Shown: positions 21,332 through 33,205 of the stretch, piece after piece
Position numbering within the stretch: the stretch's first letter is position 1
Layout: each line of letters begins with the position of its first letter
Source: Candidatus Poriferihabitaceae bacterium
GTDB lineage: Bacteria > Pseudomonadota > Gammaproteobacteria > Arenicellales > Poriferihabitantaceae
Direction of reading: 5' to 3'
DNA length: 64,000 nucleotides
NCBI GenBank assembly: GCA_965214625.1
Contig: OZ243962.1
Location: forward strand, 91,326-155,325
Made by a program: the position numbers and the translations under genes
The notes under the pieces: generated by a model
Seen by the model: the letters and a program-made list of their open reading frames with translations, nothing else
Told to the model about the DNA's origin: nothing
The model's database searches: none

Positions 21332-22000
21332 ATGGAAGCGGTAATTCTTGCTGCGGGTCGTGGCGAGCGATTGCGACCGATTACAGATCATGTGCCCAAA
21401 CCATTGATCAAGGTCGGTCAAAATCGGTTGATTGAACACCATATTTGGCGACTCAAGCAAAATGGCTTTAAACGATTGGTGATCAATCTCGCCCATCTCG
21501 GCGACCAGATCAAAGCGGTACTGGGGGCTGGAACCCGATTCGGCATGGAGATTGTTTATTCACCAGAGCCTGAAGGTGCACTAGAAACGGGGGGTGGCAT
21601 CAGGCAGGCGTTGGATTATATCCACTCAGACGTGTTTATCGTGATTAACAGTGATATCTACACTGATTATGAATTTAAAAAAATTAAGTTGGGGAAAGAT
21701 CAAAATGCGCATTTGATTATGGTCGATAACCCCATTCACAATCCCACCGGAGACTTTGTTCTCCATGGCGCAAAAATCGGATTGATAAAACGACCATCAC
21801 TCCATTCGATGACTTTTTCCGGCGTGGGCTACTATCGACGATGCATGTTTGAGTCCCATCCGAAGGGACGGTATCCCCTCTTGTCCCTGCTGGAACAACA
21901 AATCCGGAACCAAAGAGTCAGTGGAGAGCCCTATCACGGTATCTGGATTGATGTCGGCACCAAAGAACGGTTGGAAGCAGCCCGTCAAGTCGCACGGTAA
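21332..22000 (+). CDS. murU: N-acetylmuramate alpha-1-phosphate uridylyltransferase
   Basis: ILAAGRGERLRPITDHVPKPL, LETGGGI, VDNPIHNPTGDF, WIDVGT; divergent from lptD. Confidence 0.85.
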   Translation: MEAVILAAGRGERLRPITDHVPKPLIKVGQNRLIEHHIWRLKQNGFKRLVINLAHLGDQIKAVLGAGTRFGMEIVYSPEPEGALETGGGIRQALDYIHSDVFIVINSDIYTDYEFKKIKLGKDQNAHLIMVDNPIHNPTGDFVLHGAKIGLIKRPSLHSMTFSGVGYYRRCMFESHPKGRYPLLSLLEQQIRNQRVSGEPYHGIWIDVGTKERLEAARQVAR

Positions 22001-22206
22001 ACAACTGCTTGTCACGAGTCCAAACCCGTTCACTTTACAGCCTATTTTCATTGTTCTGTCTCGGATCATCAGGCTCCGCATCGGTTACCAAGACCGCAAA
22101 GACGACTTTGTTGATGAGGTCCAAGCCACTACCCACTTGAACGGGCGCCACGAAGATGATGGTTTTATCAGCATCGACGCCTTGTTCCTGACGACCCAGT
22201 GCGGAT

Positions 22207-22818
22207 TCAGGAAAAGTGTTTTCGCAGCACCTGAACGATCGTGGAAGAAACGCGCTCAATGTTGATTGAGGCTAACCATTGACTCATCTGCGTGACTTTC
22301 AGATGCTCGTCGCCACAAGGGACGATCCATGAAAAAGGCTCAAGGTCCATATCGATGTTCAAGCTAAACCCGTGATAACAGCATCCCTGACGGATACGCA
22401 GGCCCAAAGCAGCGATTTTCTCCGATGAAACATACACGCCGGGTGCTCCTTTGGTGGTATACCCATGGATACCGTGAATTTCCAGCGTTTCGATCACTGA
22501 CAGTTCAATCTTGCTGACCAGTGACTTGGGGCCGATGCGTCGTCTCTGCAGGTCCAGTAACAGATAAACGATAAGTTGGCCCGGGCCATGGTAGGTGATT
22601 TGTCCGCCCCGATCAGACTGAACAACGGGAATACCCTGGACGGATGGTTTCGGGTCATGTCTGCAGCGGGTGCCGAGGGTAAAAACCGGATCGTGCTCCA
22701 GTATCCAGATTTCATCGCCTGTCCTGGCGGTCCGATGGTCCGTAAAGTATTTCATTTTCAGCCAGCTTGCACGATACTGGCACCGACCAAGAGAACGAAA
22801 CTGAATCTCTTTGTTCAT
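22207..22818 (-). CDS. lipB: Octanoyltransferase LipB
   Basis: LEHDPVFTLG, DRGGQITYHGPGQL, KIAALG, IVPCG. Confidence 0.95.
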   Translation of the reverse strand: MNKEIQFRSLGRCQYRASWLKMKYFTDHRTARTGDEIWILEHDPVFTLGTRCRHDPKPSVQGIPVVQSDRGGQITYHGPGQLIVYLLLDLQRRRIGPKSLVSKIELSVIETLEIHGIHGYTTKGAPGVYVSSEKIAALGLRIRQGCCYHGFSLNIDMDLEPFSWIVPCGDEHLKVTQMSQWLASINIERVSSTIVQVLRKHFS

Positions 22819-23087
22819 AGCACCATGACCACCTCGGGGTGTGAAGTGAGACGGCGAAATAACGTATCAATAAGCGTTTTATTCCTCGCCCGCACCTTAC
22901 AGCTCAATGACCGATAGCGTCCCTTTGAACTTGTCTTTGTGCACAGACCAAGCAGGTCAGTGGGATGTATGACTTCAAGCACGACTTGCCTGATCATATC
23001 ATCTGCACCTGCCTGTGCGTAAACGAAGACCTTGATATCGATGATGCATGGAAAAACCATGCCTTGCGGCTGGCTGTTCCCTGTCAA
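22815..23087 (-). CDS. ybeD: YbeD/DUF493 family protein
   Basis: FPC…IKV, SSKGRYRSL, C-terminal VVMVL; between dacA and lipB; TTG start overlaps the dacA stop. Confidence 0.85.
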   Translation of the reverse strand: MTGNSQPQGMVFPCIIDIKVFVYAQAGADDMIRQVVLEVIHPTDLLGLCTKTSSKGRYRSLSCKVRARNKTLIDTLFRRLTSHPEVVMVL

Positions 23088-24274
23088 TTGAGAAATACGG
23101 CCAGTGGTCGCAGGAGCAATTGTTTGCACCAATCCAATACTTGTGAAAACCAGGGCCCTGCAGGATAGTCTTCGTCAACTTGCAGTGCCTTTTCCATGAC
23201 CGTCTCTCCCGCATACTGAATCCGGAGTGATCCGACACGGTCACCCTTCGCAAGGGGTGCTTCCAAGCTTTGCGGCAGTATCAGGTGTGCGGACAATTTG
23301 TCCAATGTCCCTGTCGGATAGAGAATGCCAATCGACTCCGCGGCATGCACGCGTGCTTTTGGCACCTGTCCCATCCATAGTGGCAGCACCTTGATTTCTG
23401 CCTCGGGTTCGTAAAGTATCCTTTGTTCATACGCAGAATAACCGTATTCCAATAAAGACTGGACCATATCGGCCCTGCGTTTTTTACTTTTGGCGCCTGC
23501 GACGATGGCAATGAACCGAGTCCCGTTTCGATTTGCAGATCCGATCAGGCAATAACCTGCGTTTCGAGTATACCCCGTTTTTATCCCATCTACCGTTGAG
23601 TCCCGGTAAAGCAAAGAATTCCGGTTTGGTTGGGAAATATCGTTATAGGTATACTCCTGTTGAGAATAATAGGTATAAAAATCCGGAAAATTTTTGATCA
23701 ACGATCTTGCCAGTATCACGATGTCGTGTACGGTACTGTAGTGATTTTCATCTGGCAGGCCACTGCTGTTGGTAAAGTGGGTATCCATCATACCCAACTC
23801 TGCTGCCATCAGATTCATCATAACTGCGAATTGTTCCTCTGACCCACCGAGATGTTCTGCCAAGGCCACCGAAGCATCGTTGCCTGATTGTATGATCAGT
23901 CCCTTGATTAAATCCTCAACACGCACCTGTGTGTCAACCTGGACAAACATCCGGGACCCGATTGTTTTCCAGGCCTTTTTACTGATGTGAACCTTGTCCG
24001 ATAATTGTATCTTCTGTTTTTTCAGGGCATCAAATACCAGATAACTGGTCATCAGTTTCGTCAGGCTGGCAGGTTCTATTCGCCCTGTTTGATTTTCTCC
24101 AGCCAGTATCCAGCCTGTTTGAAACTCGACCAAAAGCCATGATGTCGCATTAACGTTCGGCACAGGAATAGTGGATTTGATCTCCTCAGGAACAGGCTGT
24201 AATATGGCCGATGCATTGATCGGAACAAGATAAAGCAAAAACAGTAAAACAAGAAATCGATGCATTTCAAACAA
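23084..24274 (-). CDS. dacA: D-alanyl-D-alanine carboxypeptidase (PBP5/6)
   Basis: PASLTK (SxxK), SGN, KTG. Confidence 0.92.
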   Translation of the reverse strand: MFEMHRFLVLLFLLYLVPINASAILQPVPEEIKSTIPVPNVNATSWLLVEFQTGWILAGENQTGRIEPASLTKLMTSYLVFDALKKQKIQLSDKVHISKKAWKTIGSRMFVQVDTQVRVEDLIKGLIIQSGNDASVALAEHLGGSEEQFAVMMNLMAAELGMMDTHFTNSSGLPDENHYSTVHDIVILARSLIKNFPDFYTYYSQQEYTYNDISQPNRNSLLYRDSTVDGIKTGYTRNAGYCLIGSANRNGTRFIAIVAGAKSKKRRADMVQSLLEYGYSAYEQRILYEPEAEIKVLPLWMGQVPKARVHAAESIGILYPTGTLDKLSAHLILPQSLEAPLAKGDRVGSLRIQYAGETVMEKALQVDEDYPAGPWFSQVLDWCKQLLLRPLAVFLN

Positions 24275-24360
24275 TGGATAAAGACAAAAGTTAACTAAGT
24301 CGGTGAGAATGAAGCAGGGTTGAATCAGTGCCCGCAGAGGTTATTCGAAGCATATTCAAA

Positions 24361-25239
24361 TCAGTCGGTGGTCAGTGTCATCACGATGCCAAACTCAGAT
24401 TCTAGGGCTGTCTTGGACATCATCATGGTATCGAACTTGTCGAAAGGCCCGACGCGTACTCGATAAGGCGGACCGAGCGATATCTGCTCATGGTCCGATT
24501 CAGGAAACAAGGGCCAGCCTCCTGTTTCCAATATCTTTCTCATTTTCAATGCATTTCCCAACTGTGAATAGGCAGCGACCTGGATATAGAAACTAACACC
24601 AGCAGGTAGTGCATAACCGGTCGATTCGAACTGTGGCGCGTCAGATTTGTGATTGGCCTGATGTGTTTTTGCCGTACGATGGCGTGACGGGTCAATCGCC
24701 CTGACTTCGACTCGCCCTGTCCCTTTTTGGGCAATGCCGAGCTTATGCGCTGCCGCATAGGAAAGATCAATGATTCGCTGGTGAAGGAACGGGCCACGGT
24801 CGTTGACCTTGACGATGACTTTTTTCCCATTATCCAGATTGGTTACTTCAACATAGGTCGGAAGAGGCAGTGTCGTGTGGGCTGCGGTCATCGCCCACAT
24901 ATTATAGGTTTCGCCACTGGAAGTACGCCGACCGTGAAATTTCTTGCCGTACCAGGAAGCCACCCCCCTTTTGACATAACCCTTGGATGACTTCAAGGGC
25001 CGATAGTGTTTCCCCAACACGGTGTAGGGCTTGTTGCCGGTACGACTCAGCGGTTCATGTTTCGGTTGTGCATCCGGGATATCCTCAATTGCGATATCGA
25101 TGCTGTCCGGAGGCCGATCCCCGCCGTAATATCCACCCGCCTTCAGTGGTACCGTCGGCTTGCCGCATCCGGAAAGCACCAACAACCCTGCGATGAGCAG
25201 CCCGTAGAGACAGGGAACCGGGCGCCAGAAGACGATCAT
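24361..25239 (-). CDS. rlpA: Septal lytic transglycosylase RlpA lipoprotein
   Basis: Lipobox LSGC, ASWYG, TAAH, VNDRGPF, IIDLS, C-terminal SPOR domain. Confidence 0.93.
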   Translation of the reverse strand: MIVFWRPVPCLYGLLIAGLLVLSGCGKPTVPLKAGGYYGGDRPPDSIDIAIEDIPDAQPKHEPLSRTGNKPYTVLGKHYRPLKSSKGYVKRGVASWYGKKFHGRRTSSGETYNMWAMTAAHTTLPLPTYVEVTNLDNGKKVIVKVNDRGPFLHQRIIDLSYAAAHKLGIAQKGTGRVEVRAIDPSRHRTAKTHQANHKSDAPQFESTGYALPAGVSFYIQVAAYSQLGNALKMRKILETGGWPLFPESDHEQISLGPPYRVRVGPFDKFDTMMMSKTALESEFGIVMTLTTD

Positions 25240-25243
25240 GCCA

Positions 25244-26236
25244 TCATCCACTCCTCGCATGTTTCACGGAATCGGCAAGTTCAATAATTGCCATGGCATA
25301 ATTCAAACTGGGGTTATAACGCGTCAAAACATACAGATTCTTATAGCCCACGATGTATCTGTTGTGATTTTTTTCCTTTAGCCGGAGCAATGCAACCTTT
25401 TCACTGGCCTTTTCACTGTCATAAGTGATGCCCACCGCGTGAAGTTGCTGATGCGTCAGTCCGGGTTTCACCTTCTTGCTCACAAGATTGACTGCCTCCG
25501 GTGACAGCTCCTGGCTAATATCGGCATAGATTGTCTGATGGCGCTGCCAGCCATGCCGCTTGAGATAATTCGCAACACTGCCGATTGCGTCCTCAAACTC
25601 ATTCACCAGATCACGCTGGCCATTGTCGTTAAAATCAATGGCATAAGCCTGATAACTGCTCGGCATAAACTGAGGAATTCCAATGGCACCTGCAAAGGAA
25701 CCGACTACAGTGGATGGATCGATATTTTCCTTTCGAGCAGTGTTGAGAAATATTCTCAACTCAGAGGTGAAGAATTTACTTCGTCGGGGGAACTCAGCCG
25801 ATAGCGTGGCCAGACTGTCTAGAACCCGCCGACTGCCCATTCGGACACCGTAATGTGTTTCAACACCCAGCAGTGCAACTATAATCGATTGTGGAATACC
25901 AAACTGATCCGTTGCTTTGTCTAGCGTCGCTTGATGGGCATTCCAGAATTTCACCCCATCGTTGATTCGTCTTTTGTTGATGAAATGTTTTCGATATTGA
26001 TACCAGGGTAATGATTCATATTGCCGATTCATCAGCTCCAGTGTTTTTTGGTCAATCCTTGCACTTTCCAGGACCCGGATCAGTTCCGTTCGTGGATAGC
26101 CATCTTCGCGGAACATTGTCTCCACTAGTGACTGCAGCACCGGATGATCTGCAATTTGAAGGGCACTTGCATGGTGTGACACCGCCAACATGCCCATCAC
26201 CACCGCCAGTCGAATCAATTTGTAAAATGACATCAT
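25244..26236 (-). CDS. mltB: Lytic murein transglycosylase B
   Basis: GVETHYG, GSFAGAIGIPQFMPSSY, YNPS..YA. Confidence 0.92.
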   Translation of the reverse strand: MMSFYKLIRLAVVMGMLAVSHHASALQIADHPVLQSLVETMFREDGYPRTELIRVLESARIDQKTLELMNRQYESLPWYQYRKHFINKRRINDGVKFWNAHQATLDKATDQFGIPQSIIVALLGVETHYGVRMGSRRVLDSLATLSAEFPRRSKFFTSELRIFLNTARKENIDPSTVVGSFAGAIGIPQFMPSSYQAYAIDFNDNGQRDLVNEFEDAIGSVANYLKRHGWQRHQTIYADISQELSPEAVNLVSKKVKPGLTHQQLHAVGITYDSEKASEKVALLRLKEKNHNRYIVGYKNLYVLTRYNPSLNYAMAIIELADSVKHARSG

Positions 26237-26238
26237 AT

Positions 26239-27327
26239 CTATCTTCTCGATAAAAATTGCTTGTGCCTGTCAATGCTCATCAGTATCCCAAACGCGATCA
26301 TGAAAGTCATCATTGAGGTCCCACCATAACTCACCAGGGGAAGTGGAACCCCGACAACCGGCAGGATACCCGATACCATGCCAATGTTAACAAAGACATA
26401 ACAAAAAAACGTAAAAGAGAGGCTCCCTGCCAATAATCTCGAATAGGTGTCGTGAGCATAAAATGCAATCATCAGACCCCGAAAAACCAAAAACAAATAC
26501 AGCGACAACAACACCAGTCCACCGAGCAACCCAAATTCTTCGGTATAAACCGAAAAAATAAAATCAGTGCTTCTTTCGGGGATAAATTCAAGTTGGGATT
26601 GACTGCCCGACAACCATCCCTTGCCCTGCATCCCTCCCGATCCGATGGCGATAATTGACTGAATGGTATGGTAACCGGCCCCTAACGGATCCTTCCAGGG
26701 ATCAAACAGGGTGAGTACCCGCTGTCGCTGATAATCCCGCAGAACCAGCACCCACAAGATCGGTGCCGCCACACTCAAGCCGATCAGGACGGAGACAATC
26801 CATTTCCATCCCACACCGGCAAGGAAAATGACCAGAATCCCGGTCAATGCAACAAATATGGCAGTCCCCAGATCCGGCTGCAGGATGACGAGCCCCGTGG
26901 GTATCAGCACCAGCACCACGGCAACCAGCAACACTAACGGGCGGGGGGGCAAGGTGAACCGAGTCAACAGCCATGCCACCATCATCGGGACAGCCAGTTT
27001 CATGATCTCAGCGGGCTGAAATCGGAACAGTCCCAGATCGATCCACCGCTGAGCCCCTTTGCCGGTAAAGCCAACCGCCAGCACGATCAACAGCAAGGCC
27101 AGACCCAAAAGATAGACATGGGGCGACCAGTAAGCCAGTCTCGCCGGCGAGATACGGACCACAAGCAGCATCACGACAAAGGCGACCCCACCGCGGATGC
27201 AGTGTTTGATGAGCAGTTCAATATCCTCACCGCCAGCACTGAAAAGAGCAATCAGGCTTAACCCGAAAACCATCGCAATGGTGCTTAGGATCGAGAAATC
27301 AAGAAAATTTTTCTGCTTCGATATCAC
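26239..27327 (-). CDS. rodA: Rod shape-determining SEDS protein RodA
   Basis: GAQRW, QPAEIMK, QPDLGT, GYHTIQS, TDFIF, SYGGTS. Confidence 0.95.
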   Translation of the reverse strand: MISKQKNFLDFSILSTIAMVFGLSLIALFSAGGEDIELLIKHCIRGGVAFVVMLLVVRISPARLAYWSPHVYLLGLALLLIVLAVGFTGKGAQRWIDLGLFRFQPAEIMKLAVPMMVAWLLTRFTLPPRPLVLLVAVVLVLIPTGLVILQPDLGTAIFVALTGILVIFLAGVGWKWIVSVLIGLSVAAPILWVLVLRDYQRQRVLTLFDPWKDPLGAGYHTIQSIIAIGSGGMQGKGWLSGSQSQLEFIPERSTDFIFSVYTEEFGLLGGLVLLSLYLFLVFRGLMIAFYAHDTYSRLLAGSLSFTFFCYVFVNIGMVSGILPVVGVPLPLVSYGGTSMMTFMIAFGILMSIDRHKQFLSRR

Positions 27328-27330
27328 AAT

Positions 27331-29202
27331 CTATAGCTGGCTGACAAGCGTTTCTTCCGGATACAGTTTCAATCGCTCCAGCAAGTAATAATCCAACAGA
27401 CCCCGGGCAATCGGCGCCGCAACTCGACTCCCGCTGCCACCATGTTCAATGATGACCGCAATCGCGATTTTAGGATCATCAAGCGGCGCGAAGCCAACAA
27501 ACAGGGAATGGTCACGATGTTCTTTCTTGACATTTTTTTCATCATAGGTCTCATCTTGGGCAATACTTTTGACCTGTGCCGTTCCCGTCTTACCCGCCAT
27601 TTCGTAGCGTATTCCCCGGTTTATCGACCTTGCCGTCCCCCTTTGACCGTGAACCACGTCCTTCATGCTATTGATCACCCGGGCATACTGATCAGCCGTG
27701 TAGGGAGGCGACGTGGTAACCGACCGGGGTTCCAATTTTTCGATGGCCTGACTTTGCGCATTCTCAAAAGCGGTCAAGAATCGTGGATAAATGCGTTGTC
27801 CCCTATTCGCCAGTGTTGCCGTCGCGCTGGCAAGCTGTAACGGTGTCACCAGCATATAACCCTGACCGATACCGGTAATCACCGTTTCACCTTGATACCA
27901 AGGCGCACCCCTGGCCCGCTTTTTCCAGTCCCGTGACGGCATCAAACCACTGGGTTCATCCGGCAAGTCGATCCCGGTCTGCTCACCGAAGCCAAACTGT
28001 CCCATACCTTCGTGCATACGATCTATTCCCATGTCCATTGCCAATCGGTAAAAATAAACATCGCAGGACTGCACAATTGCATCATGCCCATCAACTTTTC
28101 CGTGTCCACTTTTTTTCCAATCGCGATAGCGATGCTTAACGCCCGGGGGGCTGTACCAGCCAATACAAACCACCTCAGTATCATGACTGATCCCACTACC
28201 CATTCCAATCAATGACATAAAGCTTTTGATGGTTGAACCCGGAGCATATCGGCCGTAAAGTGCCCGATTGAACAGCGGACGGCGAGGTGAATTACTCAGT
28301 GCCGCATACTGTTTCTGACTGATGCCATTGACAAATGGATTGGCATCAAATGTTGGCACACTGGCAAACGCCAACACATCTCCGGTTGCCGGTTCAATTG
28401 CCACGATGGCGCCTTCGTATCCCTCGAGCAGTTCGATACTTTTTTGCTGTAGCTTGATATCCAGTCCGAGATGGATGCTATGCCCGGAATCCGGAGCGAC
28501 CTGTTCAAGGCTTCTTAGGACTCGACCGTGTGCATTGGTTTCAACGCGTTCAATGCCTGATTTCCCCAACAAATCGGATTCATAGTAAGACTCGATACCA
28601 CTTCTGCCAATATAGTCCAATCCCCGATAAATCTGATTATCGACCCGGTTGAGATCATCGCCACTAATCCTGCCGATGTACCCGATGACATGCGAAGTCA
28701 ACTCGCCTCTGGGGTAATGTCTTTGCAATCCGGCACGCAACTTGACGGCAGGATAATGATGTTGGTTTACCGCAAACCGAGCCGCTTCGTCTTCGCGCAG
28801 GTTGGTACGCAATATCATGCGCTCAAATTTCGGTCGTTTACTGATCCGATTCTTGAATTCACTCACATGCTCGTCAGTCAACTCGACCAGTTGCCCCAAT
28901 TTGTCCAAAAGCCGATCCCAATTCTCGACCTTGTCTGGAAGAATCTCCAGATTGTAGCTTGTGAAGTTCTGCGCCAACACCTCACCGTTTCGATCATAAA
29001 TCAATCCTCGAGTCGGCGGTAAGGGGAAAAAGTCGATTCGATTATTTTGCGCCAGGGTCGAAAAACGTTCGTGCTGAGAAATCTGGAGATAGGCCAGACG
29101 GACAATCAGTATCAACGCCAAAATGGTGACGAATCCGAATAAAAACAGAATGCGTCCGTGAATGACCTCACTCTCCTTGAGATAGTCCCGAATCGGAATC
29201 AC
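27331..29202 (-). CDS. mrdA: Penicillin-binding protein 2
   Basis: RGLIYDRNG, PGSTIK, SCD, KTGTAQ; GTG start at 29202 overlaps the mreD stop, with GAGG RBS. Confidence 0.95.
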   Translation of the reverse strand: MIPIRDYLKESEVIHGRILFLFGFVTILALILIVRLAYLQISQHERFSTLAQNNRIDFFPLPPTRGLIYDRNGEVLAQNFTSYNLEILPDKVENWDRLLDKLGQLVELTDEHVSEFKNRISKRPKFERMILRTNLREDEAARFAVNQHHYPAVKLRAGLQRHYPRGELTSHVIGYIGRISGDDLNRVDNQIYRGLDYIGRSGIESYYESDLLGKSGIERVETNAHGRVLRSLEQVAPDSGHSIHLGLDIKLQQKSIELLEGYEGAIVAIEPATGDVLAFASVPTFDANPFVNGISQKQYAALSNSPRRPLFNRALYGRYAPGSTIKSFMSLIGMGSGISHDTEVVCIGWYSPPGVKHRYRDWKKSGHGKVDGHDAIVQSCDVYFYRLAMDMGIDRMHEGMGQFGFGEQTGIDLPDEPSGLMPSRDWKKRARGAPWYQGETVITGIGQGYMLVTPLQLASATATLANRGQRIYPRFLTAFENAQSQAIEKLEPRSVTTSPPYTADQYARVINSMKDVVHGQRGTARSINRGIRYEMAGKTGTAQVKSIAQDETYDEKNVKKEHRDHSLFVGFAPLDDPKIAIAVIIEHGGSGSRVAAPIARGLLDYYLLERLKLYPEETLVSQL

Positions 29203-29699
29203 CGATTTATCCTCGACTTGTGTCGTACGAACCGAAGCACTGTATAGATGACCGGCCACATCAAGGCGGTCGTGAAAGCGGATAGCCAATACACCGGTTT
29301 GATCTCAATCCCACTGGTTACGTGGTAGACCCATACGGTAAAAAAAAGATCAACACTCGTGATCACAAAAACAATGAGACATTGCCGCCACAAATGATAC
29401 ATCCGTGTTCTGCGATAGGTACTGACTGCGATCAGCGCAACAAAGGCCTTACCAATCGCATGCTGACCGAGCAGTGAATAATACAGGATGTCCAGTGTCA
29501 AACCGATCCCCCATCCTGCGCCGACACCAATCCGCTCTGGAAGCGCAAGACACCAGTAAAACAAGACCAGAGTCACCCAGTCCGGACGCGCATTTTCCAA
29601 CCAGTCCGGATACGGAACAAGATTGAGAAAAACCGCCACAACGAAGGTAAACAGGACGACCCGCAGTTGCCCTCGACCGGCTGTTTTTTGCTTATTCAC
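29199..29699 (-). CDS. mreD: Rod shape-determining protein MreD
   Basis: RPDWVTLVLFYW, LLGQHA; operon context. Confidence 0.92.
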   Translation of the reverse strand: MNKQKTAGRGQLRVVLFTFVVAVFLNLVPYPDWLENARPDWVTLVLFYWCLALPERIGVGAGWGIGLTLDILYYSLLGQHAIGKAFVALIAVSTYRRTRMYHLWRQCLIVFVITSVDLFFTVWVYHVTSGIEIKPVYWLSAFTTALMWPVIYTVLRFVRHKSRINR

Positions 29700-30543
29700 T
29701 TAATCGTCCAACAAGTTCATCAGAATCAACCGTCGACCTATCGTTGTCCCACAACAGCAGCACTTCCTTGGTGAAACTGATCCGGGCGGAAGTAACCCCA
29801 GTCACGCTGAGAAAGGCCTCATTGGCATCCTTGATGATTTCAGTGACTTCCGCCACTTTATAGCCCGCCGGAAAGCGCCCTCCCATTCCTGAAGTCACCA
29901 GGATATCGCCCTGCTCAATGTCGGCTTGCTTGCCGAGAAAGGGAAGGATGACCTCGTCAGTGTGACCGGAGCCCTTGACAATGGTTCTCAGCGTATTTCG
30001 CCGGATCTGTACGGGCAGGCCATGGCCCGGATCTGTGATCAGAACGAGCTTGCTTCGCTTGTAGCCGACAACGGAAACCTGGCCAAGTACGCCATCCGAT
30101 GTAATGGCTGGTTGACCCGGATAGACACCGGATTCGATCCCTTTGTCGATTACTATCTTGTGGTTGAATGGTTCAAAGCCGACTTCCACGATGTTGGCGA
30201 GCAACACATCACCGACGGTCTTTTTTGATGCAGAAGAGAGTAATTTTGATAACCTTTCGTTTTCCTTGAGCAAGGTTTCATATTGCTGCAGCCGGGATTC
30301 AAGGATCAACTGCTCTTTTTGTAATTCAACAAACCGATCATATAGCGCACTGTCCGGATAATATTTCTCCAGCAAAAATTGTATTTTGTCCGGTAATCGA
30401 ATGACCGCTTCGAATGGGATATTGATGAGGGGAGTGATGATTCTGACGGAATGCAGAAGCGTGCTGCGATGATCAACAATCATCAATGCGATCGACAGCA
30501 CCATGAGAAGAAAAAAACGAAATACTGCGGACGTCTGACCCAT
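29692..30543 (-). CDS. mreC: Rod shape-determining protein MreC
   Basis: ENERL, IDKG, GDILVTSGMGGRFPAG. Confidence 0.93.
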   Translation of the reverse strand: MGQTSAVFRFFLLMVLSIALMIVDHRSTLLHSVRIITPLINIPFEAVIRLPDKIQFLLEKYYPDSALYDRFVELQKEQLILESRLQQYETLLKENERLSKLLSSASKKTVGDVLLANIVEVGFEPFNHKIVIDKGIESGVYPGQPAITSDGVLGQVSVVGYKRSKLVLITDPGHGLPVQIRRNTLRTIVKGSGHTDEVILPFLGKQADIEQGDILVTSGMGGRFPAGYKVAEVTEIIKDANEAFLSVTGVTSARISFTKEVLLLWDNDRSTVDSDELVGRLSE

Positions 30544-30807
30544 CTTCAGGTAATCATCACCTGGGTCAATAAACGATGCTGCATAGTTGACACCATGTTA
30601 CGGTTGCGCATTGCCAATGCTCTAGCTCGTTTCGTGCCCGCACAATGTGCTTTGCCTGTTCATGATGACATCCTTGTCCCAGACAGCGATCCGTTTTCGT
30701 GTGATCAAGACAACCAGGCGGTTTTTATGACATGGTATGAAAGCGCTTGCTTCCTGGTTGCAATACATCGCAATGAGATGCGCCTCATGCAGAGCAACGT
30801 ATCTTTA

Positions 30808-31890
<1,083 letters not shown>

Positions 31891-32661
31891 TCACACCATG
31901 ATCAAGAGGCCCTTACTTTATCAATCGCATGTAGACTATTCAATAGTAGGAAATCAGATACTTCGATACCCAAAGGGACACCCGCAAGATACCGTCACGT
32001 GATGCTCCCTAGCGACCTGAAGCCATCCTCATGATGGATTTTTGATTTCGCGATTCATTCCCGATATGACATTGGCCTGTTTACCGGGTCGGTCCACCGT
32101 TCCCTTTGCAAAGAATGTCATGTTCGTGTCTTCAAATTCTCCATGACAATCACGTCATTGTGTTTCACGATATCCATGGTCATTCGATACTATATGCTTG
32201 CGTTTCCCGAAAAGCCGGCTGTCTGGCCTGCAACGCACAAGGAACGTCTGCATCGCGTTGCCTGGTCGGCTCAAGGTCGCGGTTGAAACGGTGACGAAAA
32301 ACCCCACAGCCTAGAGGCTTCGCTTTGCCTCTTTCAGTGAGGTGGTCGTACTGTTCATGCAAAAAGAGCGTCTGGCCTGTTTTTTGATCGCCGTCGATCC
32401 GTTCGTGCAAGATCGCATTGATCAGGTCACAGTGCTGGCGTCTCAACGCATCGATCCGATTATCACCCGCATCGACTGCACAGGCCCTGAGTGGATACCT
32501 CTTGTCAGTGTGCATGTTCTTATTTTGCTGTGTAGTCATCCTTGCCGGGCGGTTATTGGTTTTAGCGACTGAGGTATATAATTCCCCAAAGCACATTACA
32601 TATGGTAATGTATCCTGTGATACCCATGTCCGTCCGGTTGTCCGCTGCAAAAGTTTGAACC

Positions 32662-32949
32662 ATGTCGATTACACCTGAAGAGATTGCCCATCTCGCCCAT
32701 CTTGCCAAATTAAAGACCGATAAAGAGACCTCTGCGTTCTATGCGGTACAACTGACACGCATCCTGGCATTGATCGAACAGATGAATCAGATCAACACCG
32801 AGGATATCGAGCCGATGTCTCACCCCCAGGATATGGCATTGAGATTAAGGGAGGATATTGTAACCAAGACCGATCATCGGAAAGCATATCAGGCCATTGC
32901 GCCCGAAGCCGAAGCCGGTCTGTATCTGGTTCCCAAGGTGATCGACTGA
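32662..32949 (+). CDS. gatC: Asp/Glu-tRNA amidotransferase subunit C
   Basis: LAHLAKL, LRED, YLVPKVID. Confidence 0.93.
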   Translation: MSITPEEIAHLAHLAKLKTDKETSAFYAVQLTRILALIEQMNQINTEDIEPMSHPQDMALRLREDIVTKTDHRKAYQAIAPEAEAGLYLVPKVID

Positions 32950-33205
32950 ACTCATGATGCGGTCACATAAGTTGTTATGCCCGCCCTGTTGTCTGATGAC
33001 TGCCCTGCCGGTTCACAGACGTCTGAGCGCCCGGACAGGCCAACAGGGCAAGCCCGTCCTATCATGACAGGGTGCAGATAGCGAACCAGTCGACAATCAT
33101 TTTTCGTTTCCGATGTCCGACTAATCCGGAGACAGACGAGCTATCGGGGAAAGGGGTCTGATCATCCAAACCATACTGCACATAAGTAATTCAGTCACAT
33201 AAATA

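Noticed and set aside
22001-22206. Small ORFs between murU and lipB, as a possible lipA remnant
   Set aside because: No LipA or other recognisable motif in the frames read
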